NCBI GenBank assembly: GCA_002811645.1
Contig: PDIP01000146.1
Location: 1-50,219, forward strand
Source: Corallochytrium limacisporum Hawaii
Taxonomy: Eukaryota; Protista; Pluriformea
DNA length: 50,219 bases
Direction: 5' to 3'
The notes beneath the pieces were generated by a model, which saw only the letters and a program-made list of their open reading frames with translations, searched no databases and was not told where the DNA came from. A program made the translations under genes and the position numbers. Positions 1 through 13,191 of the stretch are shown one piece after another (within the stretch, counting starts at the first letter, position 1; the number at the start of each line of letters is the position of its first letter).

Positions 1-561
1 TTTGTACGACTACGATGTGTTCAATGTCAAGCCAAAGTCAAAATAGTCCTTTTTTGAGAGTAGCAGGGACTCTTCGTTTGAATCAGCTATTGAAATATTT
101 TTTTATGATTGTTAAAAAGAGCAAAATATAATGAAATAGAATGGAATCAATATAAGTTATTATACAATCAAGATTAAAAAAGATCCTCGGGAGTCAAATT
201 TTTCGGAGTTTTGACCCTAACATACCAGACAGAGGGTGGTACCAGGTACCCAAAAAAAAAGTAAAGAAAAAAGCAAAGAAAGAGAAGGTTGGAGGGAAGG
301 GGGCCTCTTTCCCGGGAGTCAAGGCCCTTCCTCTCCGCCTTCTCTCTTTCAGCACGGGGTAACCGAGTGCCCCTTGCGCAGGGGGCAGCCGCACTGAAAG
401 CCCGTGCACCCGACAAATCTCGCCTGAATGTCGGTCGTTCGTTGATCGTTAGACCCTAAGGGAGCGCGAGAGAATGACGAAAAGAGAACCGAAAAGCGAA
501 GGCAACGCCGTGACGAAGAGCGCAAATAAGTGGTATGGCACACACATTCACATTCACGAGC

Positions 562-579
562 GAGAGAGACACACGACAC

Positions 580-610
<31 letters not shown>

Positions 611-614
611 GAGA
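562..614. repeat. Imperfect (GA)n/(GACA)n microsatellite
   Basis: gagagagacacacgacacagagagagagagagagagacagacagacagagagag read directly. Confidence 0.85.
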
Positions 615-857
615 GCATCGGCAACGATGCCCGAAGCTATGAATAGAAAAACGGGAGGATGAGATGAGGAGGATGACGACAACTCTAGGAAGAATAAAAA
701 GTTAGGAAACAAAAGAAAAACGGGGCAGAATCAAATACCAAAGAACTTTCAATAGAAATAGCATAACAAATTGCTCGCTGTACTGCATACCACGAAGCAA
801 GGAACAAAAGAGATATCCTGCTTACCAAGCGATGCTCGTGCCGTGCTTGTTCTGAAC

Positions 858-891
858 ATCGTTCTGCAGGGGTGATCGTTCTGCAGGGGTG
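858..891. repeat. Perfect 17-bp tandem duplication (ATCGTTCTGCAGGGGTG x2)
   Basis: Two adjacent identical copies at 858-874 and 875-891. Confidence 0.9.
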
Positions 892-3800
892 TTTATGTTG
901 GATGATCCCGTAGATGTTTTGTGGCATTGTTTGTGCCGCGGGTAGGTGCAACGATCCGGGTCTGCCTGCGAGCATAGGGGGCTCACCACAGCAGCTGGCA
1001 CCATTAGGTTGCAATCGATCCAAGAAAGTTTGATCTTTCCTATGATGCAGAAAGTGATCGAAAGAAACGGAGTCATAGATCACTTTCAAGCGACGGATTC
1101 CTCCTGCAGGTGCCATAGGAACTATGAACTGGGACAGTGCCAAGGTACGACTTAAAGAAGCAAAATTATAACGTTATCTGCGCACGGATGACATGCGAAG
1201 CTTAGATCGGCGCAGCAGAAATAGAGTGCATGCATTTATATAACTCTTCCTTCTTTCATTCTATTTTCATTTTGTTGTATTCCCTTAAGACCACACGCAT
1301 CGATGGAAGTATCATGCCATGTACCCTCTTTATGGCTTCTGCTTCTCTTCACTAACCCCCTTGTTTTTTCTTTTTCTTTTTTAATTTTTTCCCAAGTTCT
1401 CCCAATGTATCGAACTATGGCGTTTCAAACCCAAATGTATTTATCGAAAACACCCCGCACCCCCTCCGCAAAAATTTGGTCTGATTTAATTTTGATTTTT
1501 ATGTATCGTATTGATTATAAATGTATTTTGGAATATATCGGCATATCCTGCGACCAGCCACTCTGGGAGGAGAACGATTGTACCCGCAATATGGTCGTGA
1601 TGGGTAAGCCTACGTGATGGCGGGACAATCCAGGTACGCGGCGCTATCACTTCATGCATGATCATTGTACAACTGGAGCCCAGACAGTAGAGGGAGAAAT
1701 GTGGGGGGTTCACTGCGTGTGAACCCTGATTAGATCACGGGGGTGACATGACGTTGGGGACACTGCCAGACGACCAGTTCGGAGGCAGGATCGGCGGACA
1801 GAAACAACTGCGAAGATCAAACTCTCCACTTACGACCGCATTGTCATCCATCTAACTTCATCTCTTTGGAACTTACGAATCTTCATATGACCGCCAGCAT
1901 GATACCTCAGGTCCTCGTTCCTGAGTGCTCGATCAATCTTCCACTAACCACCAGCAAGGCGCAATAGCCGGACCGACTGAATATGAGTTTGGCATACTTA
2001 CATGTGCTCACCTAATCTCATTGTTGATCACTAGGAGAATCCCAGACGATACCTATCCTGACGGCCACATTGTTCAAAGATCGGAAAAGCGATGCCCTTT
2101 TCCGGAAGATCCTACTCAAAGCAAATCCCGTGGCAAACCAGTAATTTTCAACACATGCAGTGCAGATTTAGAGTCACAGAGCCAACCTTCGCATACAATA
2201 TTCATTTTCATACAATGTAAAAACCACAATATACTAATTTGATATTGACGCAAGTTGTACTTATAGTATTCCCGGCGGCGAAGGGTCCTGTAAGATCTGG
2301 TCATTCATTTCTAGCAGTTGTCTCTTCAGTTTCTGGGGACGTTCTAATTGATGCATCTGAACATACAGACATTTCATTATTCTCACACCCTACCAACCAA
2401 CATGTCATGCCCAATATCACGATGTCTTGACATGCAGACTAGAGTTTCTACATCTGCAGCGCACAAGCAATAAACTAGACTTGGTTCCGTCGACCTCCCT
2501 CCGTCCCCTGCCCCTCCCGCCCGACGTAGTCTGTCCGTGGTGTCCTCCCTTTTGCAGCGGTGATTGGTCTGCGCGATTGACGCGCATTTTCTATATTTGT
2601 AGATGCAGTGAAGAGCCGAAACCGTGGTTTCCAGTTCCAAACAAATTGGTGGGCAGTACCTAGCCGTGTCCGTCTAGTAGTGCAACCTACGGCATAGCGT
2701 GGCACCCGTGTCATACTTGCGCACTTGAGGGCCCGCGTTGGGCATGATTGAATGATGAAATTCCCCCTTCAATACGGTCAATTTCAATAACCTTAGCGAC
2801 ATCAGGGGTGCTCGTTCGTTACCCACCAAGTCGCTGGCCGGGTGCGGTTGTGGTAGTGCCGATGTGAAAATTGTTGTCACGTATCCAGCCCCCAGCCCCC
2901 CCCGCACCCCCCGGGCCCTAGTGTTTTCGGTCTGCTGTCGCTTTCCAGCACAGTCCATTTTCTTACCGTGACGATATATGTTCGTACCTCACTGGTGCGT
3001 GTGACACGTATAAAGGAGGATGGGATAGGATTTCAAGTACTGCGTCCCAACAGAACGGGTGTATAACCCACAGCCAGGTGGTATCATCAGTGAGCGATAG
3101 TGACTGCTTGGTTTCTTCAGCATTGCTCTTACCTTGCTTCTAATGCCGTCACTCTCGCACATAATACTGGCGCCCGTCAATTGTTCCTGAGTAAGTTGCG
3201 TTGGGCCAGTTCTTCCGGTGGACCAGCATGTTGCTGTAGTGCATGCCTGTTGTGTGTCTTCGGGAGTCTTTGCATGATGCGGTTCGGGGGTTTACGACCT
3301 CGGAGTTTGCGTTTCTCACACCAACGTAGAATAGGACTGCTTTACTCGTAACGGGGGTCAATAACGTCATGCTCGGGAAAATTGATGGCATGCTAAGTGG
3401 CACCAAGGCAAACAGACAAAACAAGACTGATACCACTGAAGCAAACACTTGCCAATACCAAGAACAACCACACCTCATACAGTCATGCATCCCCTTGACT
3501 TTGATTCTAATATAATCAAGATTTATATTTGTAGAATATATTGTGAACTCAAACGTATTTCTTCACTCTTCAACCTTGCTGACAACTGCGCTTCGTCGTC
3601 CTCTTCATCGCCAGGGCACGAAGGGTATACAGACTGCGATCTACGAGACTAGATACTTCAGCAACACTATTCGGACACAGTTTCGTCAGCTTCTGTCCAA
3701 AACCGCAAATAGTTAAAATTCCACGACACGCAGCTGGAACTAGCAGCTCGTGCATTCTTGAGTTCCTCCCGTATCCCTCCTCCTTCAAAACGAAAACACG

Positions 3801-3896
3801 CAAATCTTCATCACACTCGACGAGGCTCCTATTTATTACATCAGGGACTTGACGCTGTTCCCAGCAACTAAAAGTATCCACAGCCCTCGTCACTAA

Positions 3897-4241
3897 GTGT
3901 ATTACCACACTACAGCCCACAGAGCGACCGCACCGGCAATGGACACAGACGCGTTGGAGGCACAGAAGGCTTCTATGCAAGACGCATGTCCTAGGCATGC
4001 CAGCATGCCAAAATGCCACAATTGCGTCCACCACTACGAAACATGCGAAACCTATACCACGGCTGACAATATCCCCACTCCCTTTCCATCCAAACTGTGG
4101 CAGCTCGCCGAGAATAATTCCTTCTGTGTGCCCGTGGCCCCCCGACCAAAGAGAATCAGCGGTCTCCACCGACCTGCAAGAGTGGGTTGGCAGGAGAATC
4201 CTCACATGCCAACATCACGTCTCGGAAAGTTAACTTTTTGA
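3897..4241 (+). mobile_element. Possible degenerate Ty3/gypsy-type integrase fragment (zinc-binding region to start of core)
   Basis: RHASMPKC...ETCETY...PTPFPSKLWQLA resembles gypsy GHxGxxKC...CxxC...PTPxPxxPWQxV. Spacing is shortened, and no DDE core, RT or LTR was seen. Confidence 0.25.
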
Positions 4242-4379
4242 ATAGTGAATGGCTCAACGATGGATTGATCATGGACTGGAGGGGTGTACACCTTGCCACA
4301 CAGCTCATGACGTCTCCCGGCGGTTGAGATGATCCATTATTGCCCTTGCGGGATCAGGAAAGAAGAAAAGGTATGGACT

Positions 4380-4720
4380 GGTGGTATAGCGACATGATTT
4401 GCCACAAACTTCTTTCCTTCTCCTTCGTTTGCTGGCCTTATTTGCAAATGTTGACAAGGTTGTGGAATTGCGCCGTCTTTACGTCTAAACAATGACTTTC
4501 CATGTCTATTTGCAAATGTTGCAACTCTTAAACCGTGTAAGCACATCCCTCTGACATGCCAACGCGTATCGAACATCGCCATTAAGAAGGTTTCTTCCCC
4601 ATTTGACAGGGGGTTCAATTGTACAAGAATTTCCCTCAAACTCTTCCCGCCCCCTGCCATGTGTCCAACATTCCTTCCCTTTGGGATGTCACCATTTAGC
4701 ATAAAAACCCCGAAGTAGGG
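4380..4720 (-). pseudogene. Degenerate ankyrin-repeat gene fragment
   Basis: KGRNVGHMA / SNGEETFLMA / CLHGLRV..ANRHGKSLF: three GxTxLHxA-like motifs about 27-32 aa apart. The 5' side runs into a homopolymer patch. Confidence 0.35.
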
Positions 4721-6353
4721 GAAGGAGAAGAAGAAAAAAAAATTTCGATGCAGCTGGCCAAAGAGGCCTTTACGTCGCCCCCCCCCCCCGGGGCGCGGCC
4801 TCTCTTCCCCAGCCCCACAAGGAAGCACAGGGCCTCAGAGAACAGTCGCTGGTATCTTTCCTTTCCTCGCTCCCCCCCTTCCTCTGCCGGGCGTGTTGAG
4901 GGCGGAGCGAGCAGAGGAAGGGAGACGCGCTGGGTGCTTTTCACTGGGGATTTATGGCCATGGAGATTCAGTGTGGTTGGAAAGGGGGCAAGACTTGGTC
5001 AGTCATTCAATATCAAACAGATTCCTCGTGTTTTGGCCTCTTGGGAGTGAGGAATTCTGTCTTGCACAGCAAGAATTCTGTTTGCAGTTTCATAATGAGT
5101 GATCATTGCACGGCGGCCGCACTGCCAGTGGTTTTCCTTAATGTCATCACAATAGAATAGCTTGTACAGCGTCCGCAAACCACACACGCCCAAGCAGTAA
5201 TTGACACAACACCAACAAAATCGGCAAGCCGCCCCAACGTGAACAAGAGCACTGCTATAGAAAACCCACTAGACCATGGCGGTTGCAACGTGTGTGTGTA
5301 GGTAGCGGAGTTCATATTGCTGTTTGTACCATACTCGCGTGTACGGGAACATCTTCTGAATGGAACTGCGGAAACGGTCAGCACGTCACTGCCCGGTGCT
5401 GGCAGCTTATATATTTGTATACAAAGTACCACGGCAACATTCCATCAGGTCTCGAAAACGGCGCTCGCGGACGCGAGAATCTTTTCACCGATCGCCCTGT
5501 CCGCGCCGCGGTTCCTGGTGTGGCACTACATGGCCATGTGCAGTATAGGCATTACGTGGTGATCCAGCTATGTAAGTAGTGCACAAAGTTGTACCGCACG
5601 AGATCTAACCACTAGAGCGGTTCACGCTGTTTTAGTTTTTGGCAAACATAAACGTTAGATCTTAAGGTTGAATAGCTATTGAACGCTCCATCTAGCTGTG
5701 TCCTTTGAGAGTGGGAAGTGAAATCGACGACTTGGATACTACAGGGATCTTCAATGTGTCAAGCAATTTGATGAAACTTTCGTGGTGTATAGACATGTTG
5801 CAGTACCCATTGGTACTGTGTCTTCTGCCCCTACCAGCACCGCTCGTGCATGCTTTCCCAATCAAGGTTTTTTGTGGTATATTATACGTCTTCAATTGAG
5901 GTCACATTGGTGGCGAAACAGGGCAGCCCTGCGCTATGAGGGGGGCAACGACGAGTGTGTGCCTCCCCGGAAACAGGGCTCCAATCAACAAATTTGCGCA
6001 CTTCCAACCACACATGAAGGCTGGGCGAAATGCGAAAATGGCACAGGCCGCTCATCATGACATATCCCATAATAGAAAGTTCTGCTCTGGGTTTGGTCGC
6101 ACTTGGCATTGGCTTTCAAACGGACCGCAGTGACAAGATTGTTGCACAGTCTCGCCATGGCCCCACTATTAGACTGCGATACCATTGACTGAAGTGCAAA
6201 TGGCGAGAACATGCTCGAGGAAGCTCGAGAAGCCGCTGCCGCCCCCTGCCCAACCCACCCCTCCCCCTGGTGCTCTCGTGAAGTATGATCGTTGGGGGTG
6301 GTGGTGGATGGTGGGAAGAGGGAGGGGGCCTGTACTCCCCCCCTCCCTCCTTC

Positions 6354-6573
6354 NNNNNNNNNNNNNNNNNNNNNNNNNNNNNNNNNNNNNNNNNNNNNNN
6401 NNNNNNNNNNNNNNNNNNNNNNNNNNNNNNNNNNNNNNNNNNNNNNNNNNNNNNNNNNNNNNNNNNNNNNNNNNNNNNNNNNNNNNNNNNNNNNNNNNNN
6501 NNNNNNNNNNNNNNNNNNNNNNNNNNNNNNNNNNNNNNNNNNNNNNNNNNNNNNNNNNNNNNNNNNNNNNNNN
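6354..6573. other. Assembly gap (220 N)
   Basis: N run flanked by G/C homopolymer-rich sequence. Confidence 1.
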
Positions 6574-9500
6574 CCCCCACTCTCCTCCCCTCTCTTCTGC
6601 AGACCGGCGTTGCTTTCCTCCATCTCCCCCTCGTTCGGGAGGCCACCACCATTCTCAGCCAATTCTTTTTTTTTTGCGGGTATGCGCCCCTGATTGTACG
6701 TGGCCAAAAGAAGTTATTCCTCTGGCACGGTTTCTTGTTCTAGGTGCTAGTCACGAAGAAAAATGCCGCAACACAGGGGACGAGCATAATTTATTAAAGA
6801 GCGCACCAAAGCAAACATACATAGCCACCACTACGACATTCATCGGCTCTGTGGATTTCGGGTTGGTTCAACCATCACTACCATACCAAAGGGTTGCTCG
6901 AAAAAACCGCAAACTCTCGTTCTTTGGTGATTTGGGTACGTTAGGAAAAGTCTGTCTTTAACGTTGTGGAAAGCAAGCACGCCACCCTCAAGTGGCTTGC
7001 TCGCTAGTCTCATGTATCTGTCCCGCTTGTCCACAACACAAGTTGTAGGTGTGGTTATGTCCCATGGGATTAGTATGTCCATCACAATGTGTGCCACGGA
7101 AAGATAAAGTGTGATACATCAGAAGCGCTGAGTGGCGTGAACAACAATAGTGTACGTGCTCGGGCTGAGTGAATGGTAGCAGCTGGGAAGGCACAAAAGA
7201 AACTATTGCAGGTCACGGAAGAAGCACACAGTCACCGACGGCTTCGTTGTACGTTCTCCATCACTCTCTCTGTGTGTTCAAGTTCTTATTCCTTGGGTTC
7301 CCTCTGCATCTAGCAGGAGGAAGGTACCATGAGTGTGAGATCGTTTACGAGACAGTATCTTGGTGATGGTGACGGATGTTAACTGATTTTGTGGTATATG
7401 GGCAAGATTCTCTTTGGATCCACCACCATGTTTGTGATCTGGTTTGCCAGAATGTGTTCGATCGCACTGTCGGAGAGCAACCATATCATGCCGGATGCGC
7501 TTTGTTTACAACACTGGCCGCCGTTTTGCAAACATCCTTCCCGATAGGCGGATTGGATACAATTCTCATCTGTGAATGCATTTGTTTTTGTTCCTCCTGC
7601 CAAGCCTTTATAAGACGCATCTATTGCACAACATTCGAACTGACCGTATTGTCGAGCGAATTTTGTGATTTCAGTGTCTTCACCCTGGTAGGGTACCATC
7701 TCTGAGTATCAAACCTTCTCAACCCTCCCGTTCCGGCAGCGAATTCTCCAGCCTTCCTTCTTTGAGGTAATTTTTTTTTGTATCGGCCATAGAAGTAAAT
7801 TCGACAGGGGCAAAAATTGACTGCAGGTATCGGTAGTCAGGCCATTAGGTCTCCAACCAATTGAGGAAAAGGTTTGGGACAGAAGGGAAGGTAAAGTGGG
7901 CGCCGATGGTATGAATGTATGACTCTCGTTGGAGACTATGGGATTTATTGGGCCAAGGTATTTTTTTAAAAAAAAAAAAGATTTCTCTCGGCGTGTGTAC
8001 CCCTTCCCGTTTTTGTCTCAAGATTTACCTTTAGATGCGGATGTACCGTCTCCCGCCCATGCCTCGTGGACATAGTACAAACAAACTGAACATCGGTCAC
8101 AGATCTATTTTCACAGTAATTGGAATTACTCTTCAAATGATCTTGGCACGCTTTTGGGCAATCGGTCAGCTGTCAGCCAGGCAACATGGTTAGAAACACA
8201 AAAAATGAATGGATGTATCCTGGACAGAGTGAGGCAGGGTACTTCCTTGTGCATGTGAAGTAGTGAAGCTGCATGTTCTATGTATTGTACAGTCTCCAGG
8301 CGTGTATCTGCGGGCATTGGGCTCTCTCGATTTCATCATTTCATTCTTCATTTGTTGTTCAAAGATGTGGTAAATTCCCCTTGAAGAATTTTCTTCATAC
8401 ATTCTGTCTCAACCTGTACTGGGGTTCTAATTGTAACCGGGTAGAATTAAGGATGAATTGTTGATGTCGTTGAGGAAGTAACAAAGAGTACCTTGATCTT
8501 ATCTGCCACGGCAGAGGAAAATGTCGATGTGTTTGTACCTTGATGGCTTACTTGCGGTCCTGCAGCGTTACCCATACTTGCTCTCTACGATGCTGTCGCG
8601 ACGGTGGAATCACCAGCAATGCTAGAACAAAGATGAAAATCTGCATGTCGAATCCATTATGGACCATGCCGTAGTCCCCCAATGAAGTACGTCGCCTACC
8701 AGTTCGAGAACCGAGTTGCGGGCACTCCAGCATACAAGGCCTCTCCACGCTACAGCCATTATACAGCAATTAATATGGCTTAGCAGGCGGCAGTCATCGA
8801 TGTGCTTGTAGATTCAATATGTTGCTGCTGCTCTATTTGTTTCTGCAAAAGTAAACGACCATACGCGGTTCGTTCACGTACCAAAGCAGCATCGAATCCA
8901 AGAAACATCTCTTTCCGGAATCACTGAAAAAGAAGCTGATTGGATCTTTGTGTGTACTAGCAGATGTCAACAATAACCACAGAAACCTTATTTTTTATTG
9001 ATAGTAAACATATTGTACCAATTGCCGCGGCAGTTGTTCATCCCCCCAACCACAACCTTCCCACTTGTGTCAAACGAATCATTCTGAACGTGATGGTGGT
9101 CTACGTGGCTGAGAGTTTTTTTAGTGAGTTGTGGTAAGGTGAGCTAATGATAAATACTAAGCACCGTCCTTCCTGTGATCACAAACCCGGGAGTTCGACC
9201 CGTGTCGAACAATGCAGAAAATTGCTGGGAACATTTTCAATTTCTTTATATGAAACTCACATTTTTTTCGCTTTCAATGGAACTCTCTCGCTACTGCAGT
9301 GTTTGTCAATTTCTTTGTACGGTGGGCTGCGGATAGATTTCAGAGCGTCGGATTGCGTCGTTTCATTGCGTACGCCCCAGTAAAGGGAAAATAGAGAAAT
9401 AGTCTTAAGGTACACAGTGGGCGAGAAAAAAACCCCAATTTATACTCCCTCGACTGGGTTGCCCCTCTGCGTCGTTTCTCTGAGCACATCCCTCCTTGCG

Positions 9501-10677
9501 CCTGGGTGAGGCCCCTCAATTCGTCCAAACTCTCTCTGCTCCAAATATCAGAGAGTTTTTCCTTCCCATGATTTCTGTATTGACATTCTCCGTATATATT
9601 CGCGCCGGCACACAACACAGATGGTAACACAACATTTGTATAATTTTCTCTCTATTATTATTTCTTCCTAGCTTTTGCGGTCGGCAAGGTGGCGGATTCT
9701 CATAGTAACTGTTCCTAACACCAAGAAAAGTCTCACAGGCGGTAGAGGGACATACACACGCCACCCCCATTGATCAACATTCTTCAGTTGATTTTGTACC
9801 ATAGTCACAATCGGGCCGGCACCATCATCGTCTAATGAGCAGGGTACCGTGATCGCAAATCTGCCCTAATTTCCCCTTGCTTTTTTTTCTCCTCTACTCA
9901 TTGGGGTGTCTGATCCTTATGGCCCCATTTCCTGCAAATTGGCCGCTTTTGACAACCACATTAGCATCAGTCCTTTAAGTACTACATGAGACCATATCAT
10001 TCATTTACTGTTGACCAGAAGGGACAACCTAACACCGACTGTGTAATAGCAGGGAAAGGAAAGATCCAAACAAAAGTTTTTGTGTTATTTTTCCAGTGAG
10101 TACGGACCTTCTTCTCCACGCTCACGAGGATACTGCACTGGAGGCATCCTTCCGGTTCATGAATTAACTATAGAACTCCTTGGAGGAGTTTCACCATTGA
10201 AGCGCCAGTATTGGGGCTTATGTTAGTTGGGCCACTCTGTCGTGAAATTCACGCAGGGAGACCAGCTACCGCTGGTAGACGAAATGTGCTTTGGCGCAGT
10301 GAAGGAAAACTAGCACATACCGCACGCAAAACTTGCAGACACCAATTCGCTAGCGCAACTGCAAAATCTCTCCGTCCAGTGTGGAGAACGTGATACTCAC
10401 AGAATTTGTTGTCCCTTCCCAACTCCTGTGAACCCCTGTGTACCCCGTGTTGCCAGTGTACGGTATATTGTTGTGGCTGCGAAATTTCCCCACTCCGGAC
10501 GGCCACCGGAGTGTATCATTGATCTGAAGGTTGGTATGGTGTGAGAGGTTCGAGCAAAAATTTGCAAGTAGACGTACAGCTTGAGGCTAAATGTGTCATC
10601 GCACTCAGCACGGCATACTGAAGGTCAAGCCTTAAATGACGATTCCCATCCCGCGCCCCTGAATCACTCATTTTTGC

Positions 10678-12040
10678 TCACACACTTACACCTGGAGATG
10701 ATCCCATATGCTGTAAATAGAATACCACCATAAGGAAGTTTTTATTGCATTGGCGCAGCAGGAGGATGAACCCGCTTGCTGGCTCCAGCATGAGACGACA
10801 ACGGAGCTCCCATCCCACACCCACATCGATCCATCCAGCGTATCGGCCAATACCTGCAACATATACCAAGGGACTTCTGCGCAATAATGCTGCAGTGAAT
10901 TGGGAATCAGGCGGGCGCGCTCTGCAAAGACCCCCGCAGATTCTCACCTAATCGATATCCCAGCATCGTCAAAGCAACTACCACTCATCATCCCAAGTCC
11001 TTACGAGACGTGGATGAACAGTTTCTGCGATAGTACGTAATAGCTTTGGTAAAGTGTGCACCTGCACCGGTGCTCTTTACCCGATGGAGGATGATGCAGA
11101 TGGACATGAATAAAGCCACCTGTAAAGGATAATTTCGTTAAGCCACGGTGCGATCGATTGCAGGTACATATTGCACCATGTACCTAATTGCACCCTGAGG
11201 GAACCTTTTGGATTCATCAAAATTTGTCAAGTGCTCAGGGACAAAGGTTTCTTCAATTCGTCAAAAGTGTGCCCAGTCATTTTGGTATACTACACGGGGC
11301 ATTTCATCTGCGTGGAAACACACCACCCTGAAACTTGTTGTACAAGAGATTCGAGCGAGCTTCACACCGGTGGTGAGATTGAGATAGGAAGCGGCGGAAG
11401 CAGGCCTCGAAATCCCCCGTGCGTCGGCCTTTCTCCACCTTCCAGTCGTCGAGCTGACTCCGAGACCTCCTGAGTAGTACTTTGAGTGACGGCACCGAAA
11501 GGCCAGGCAATTGTCAATAGATGAAGATGGTGATGGCGATCAAGAAATCGTGTAGCGGAGGATGGATATCGATTCCTTGGTTGCATGCGTGTTCCACAGG
11601 TCCTTCACACTGAAGTTCAGGCCCTGATTCAAGAGCACATGCATCGACCTGAATCCCGTTGACAAAGATGCCGTATTTACAACATCGGTTGTTAACAGAG
11701 AAATCAGCACGCGGTAGAGACACATAGAAAGGATACAGGACCATCCGAGGGACATAACATTACGCGGCGTTTTCTTGCTTGTTCAGGCATAACAGTGCTC
11801 TTTCCTCGCTCGTTTTACACGGGAATTCAACTTTGATGCTGGGGCTGCTATGGATGGACATGTGTATGTGACGTGAGCGGTCATTATAGAAGTCGAGAGC
11901 GGGCTGATTGGCTGCCAACTGGATCCTCCGATGTGGGACGCATCTGCGGCTTTTGGTTTCGAAAGTGCAAAGACTGCAGTAGGACCTAGGTCTGCTTGCA
12001 TAGCGAGAGAAGGGAAATTCTGCAAGCATGGACCGACCAC
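10678..12040 (-). pseudogene. Fragmented ankyrin-repeat pseudogene
   Basis: Minus-strand pieces in different frames: MQADLGPTAVFAL, RADFSVNN, VLLNQGLNFSVKDLWNT, RRSPLVYVAGIG, MVVFYLQHMGSSP. These match parts of the ankyrin consensus (DxxGxTPLxxAxxxG..vvxxLLxxGAdvn), with many stops and frameshifts. Confidence 0.45.
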
Positions 12041-13191
12041 ACATCATTTTACACATCCACAGACAAACTCCCCGCATACGAGCAACTCACCTTTTTCAAC
12101 CTTACAATCGTTCCGGCTCCATTTACAACTCATCCTCGTTCGGTTTTGGGTCCGGGCCACAAAACCCGCGGCGAAAACGCTGCAGTCCGGAGAACTGCTT
12201 TAGGGTAGCAAAGTCTTAGTTTTCTGGAAACAGTGCCCTGACTATGAATATTGTCCAGGAAAAAAATAAGGTCTGTGGTCGCTGATGAAGTGGATTCTAA
12301 TGCTCCAGGGACGTTGCAGTGGCATCACGGCATTTTGACCCCGGTGTCGGCTACTAGCAACTTAAACGAAGGCGAAAAAGCAGCACCTCAGCCAAGGGCA
12401 ACGGGCACCCAACGAGTGCCCGTTTTGCGTCAGCAATAGGGTCAGCTGGTGCCCCAAAACACTTGCTATGGAGCCGAAGGGGAGCGGCAAAAAAGCCCCT
12501 CAGTCTTTAAGCCTGCTTTCCCCCCCCTCCCCTTCTCCTGCTCTCCTCGTTCCTTTCTCTCTTGCGCTCTTCGTGACTCTCTCCATTGTGGTGGAAAGGG
12601 AAGGGGAGGGGTTGGGATTGAGGGGGTGTGCCGCGCGGGGGAAAGGAGAGAAGGGAAAGGGATGTGAGAGAGCGAGGGGGGAAAAGAAAAGCGGGTTTTC
12701 CGTAGGGCACGCTAAAACGAAAAAAAAAGCCTGATGTTATTGTGTGTAGCAGCGGTGGACCCTTGTATATTTATATACACACCCAGTGTATACCACAACA
12801 TCAGGGAGGACCGCCCCCCCCCTTCCTTCTTCCCTCCTAAACCGCTGTGCGGTGGCCCCTTTCCCCCCCCCCCCCTCTCCCCGTTCCCTTCAATCCATAC
12901 CCTTCTATGGAGTCCCTGTGCAGTAGGCAAAGGAAAGAGAAACAGGCTCTTCGTTCTGCCCCAAACGGCAACAAAGGGAAAAGGAAGAGGGAAAAGGGGA
13001 GAAAGGCGAGAAGGGGGAGGGGGTGGGGAGAGGTGGAGCGGTTTGGGGAGGGGGGTAGAGGGGAGTGCTGGGATGACCGGTCTCGACTAGACAGATTGGG
13101 TACAGGTAATGGTATGAGAAGCATGATAGCATGAAGGTAAATCAGGAAGCGTAGAAGCAGACCAATAAGAAAAATTACAGACATTGACCAA

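Noticed and set aside
1612-1860. RDGGTIQVRGAIT resembling Tc1/mariner GGxxxVWGAI
   Set aside because: The invariant Trp is missing, downstream QDNA and SPDLNPIE motifs are not convincingly present, and no terminal inverted repeats were seen.
5985-6961. Long ORFs spanning N gaps (also 25110-25653 and 26841-27937)
   Set aside because: Their length is produced by Ns and low-complexity flanks.
7278-7484. SHTHGTFLLLDAEG resembling guanylate-binding protein G2/G3 motifs
   Set aside because: The spacing is too short and there is no upstream P-loop; a single short match.
9185-9210. GAGTTCGACCC B-box-like sequence and hairpin GTTCGAC-ccgt-GTCGAAC
   Set aside because: No cloverleaf, A-box or acceptor stem; not callable as tRNA or SINE.
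13137-13180. GTAAAT...TTACAG 44-nt candidate intron upstream of the small ORF
   Set aside because: Splicing it joins the ORF to a frame with an immediate upstream stop, so it does not extend the gene.
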